Assembly: GCF_006345805.1 (NCBI RefSeq)
Contig: NC_042999.1
Span: 140,926,001 to 140,990,000 of the forward strand
Length of the DNA stretch: 64,000 nt
Direction of reading: 5' to 3'
Source of the DNA: Octopus sinensis
Lineage: Eukaryota
The notes beneath the pieces were generated by a model that saw only the letters and a list, made by a program, of their open reading frames with translations, was not told the DNA's origin and searched no databases. This document shows, in pieces, positions 63,241-64,000 of the stretch (positions within the stretch are counted from its first letter, which is position 1; every line of letters begins with the position of its first letter). A program made the translations under genes and the position numbers.

Positions 63241-64000
63241 CTAATTTTGTTATACACCCGCATGATTTATATAACACGGTAAGTAATGGTTTTCTGTATT
63301 TTTTCTAAAGTCTTAATTTTGGTTTCCAACTTCAGTTTTGAAGATGTAGTTAAAAAAAGGTGTGTGGAGCCTAAAGAAAAGTTATTGAAGTTACAAGGTG
63401 AATTTGTGATATATGATTTGATTTATATTTTCAATTTATAAATTAACGTAAATTGTATACAAGAGTATGTGGCACACATTTTTGTATCATAGAATATAGA
63501 ATTAAATACATAGATTAGTGAGTAATAAAACTAATCAAGAATAATGAATATTATGATGGTTGTATGCTTGCTGTATATTTATAATGGTTATTGAATAAAA
63601 AAAATATATCTACATGCCTGTATTATCATATAACATTAAATAGCCTTGGAAATTAAGAAACAGATAAAAGTAAAAAATAAAGAGAAATATTTATGTAGAC
63701 TTATCTGACATGTCAGTGATACTGGTAATAAAAATTTATTTGCAATATATTCCGTATATTAAATGCTATAGTAATGAAAACATTTTGAAATTTTGTTACC
63801 ATTTTCTGTACATTTTTTAGATAACTTTGAATTGAAATAAACATTTTTTAAAAACCAGTATGATTATTTGTGTATACAATCAGTATAAACTTTATCTTCA
63901 GATACTACATTTTTATATATTTCTCAAATCACTCATCTTGAATTGAAATCAGAAACTTTTCTTATAACAGGGTTTTAATGCCTTTATCTACTGTTAACAC

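Overview
Raw eukaryotic genomic DNA, strongly AT-rich, dense in microsatellites and interspersed repeats. The repeat families (tRNA-headed SINEs, RTE LINE with (GAT)n tail, CR1-type LINE, Penelope-type termini) look like those of an octopus/coleoid cephalopod; this assignment is from pattern recognition, not a search. Almost all ORFs in the supplied track are spurious or retroelement-derived. Clear features: a 5'-truncated RTE LINE (37.7-40.1 kb, minus) with two nonsense codons, a decayed CR1-type LINE (6.8-8.6 kb) with a perfect internal fold-back, an old RTE remnant (61.5-62.3 kb), and many SINE/MITE copies. Host-gene evidence is fragmentary and hand-derived. Three phase-compatible minus-strand exons (13.3-16.8 kb) encode a segment with kinesin-motor spacing but degenerate switch I/II motifs. 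A CpG-retaining region at about 27-29 kb may be that gene's promoter. A chain of small minus-strand exons (34.8-53.4 kb) may be the 3' end of a second gene. Most interesting unexplained items: a candidate recursive splice site with an all-frame-stop 42-nt exon (61.0 kb), the putative pseudo-kinesin, two inverted pairs of Penelope-type minimal hammerhead ribozyme motifs, and several long hairpins (448 bp at 51.4 kb, 240 bp at 7.2 kb). No prokaryotic features, CRISPR array, rRNA or intact tRNA gene were seen. Repeat boundaries are approximate (about 10-30 bp).
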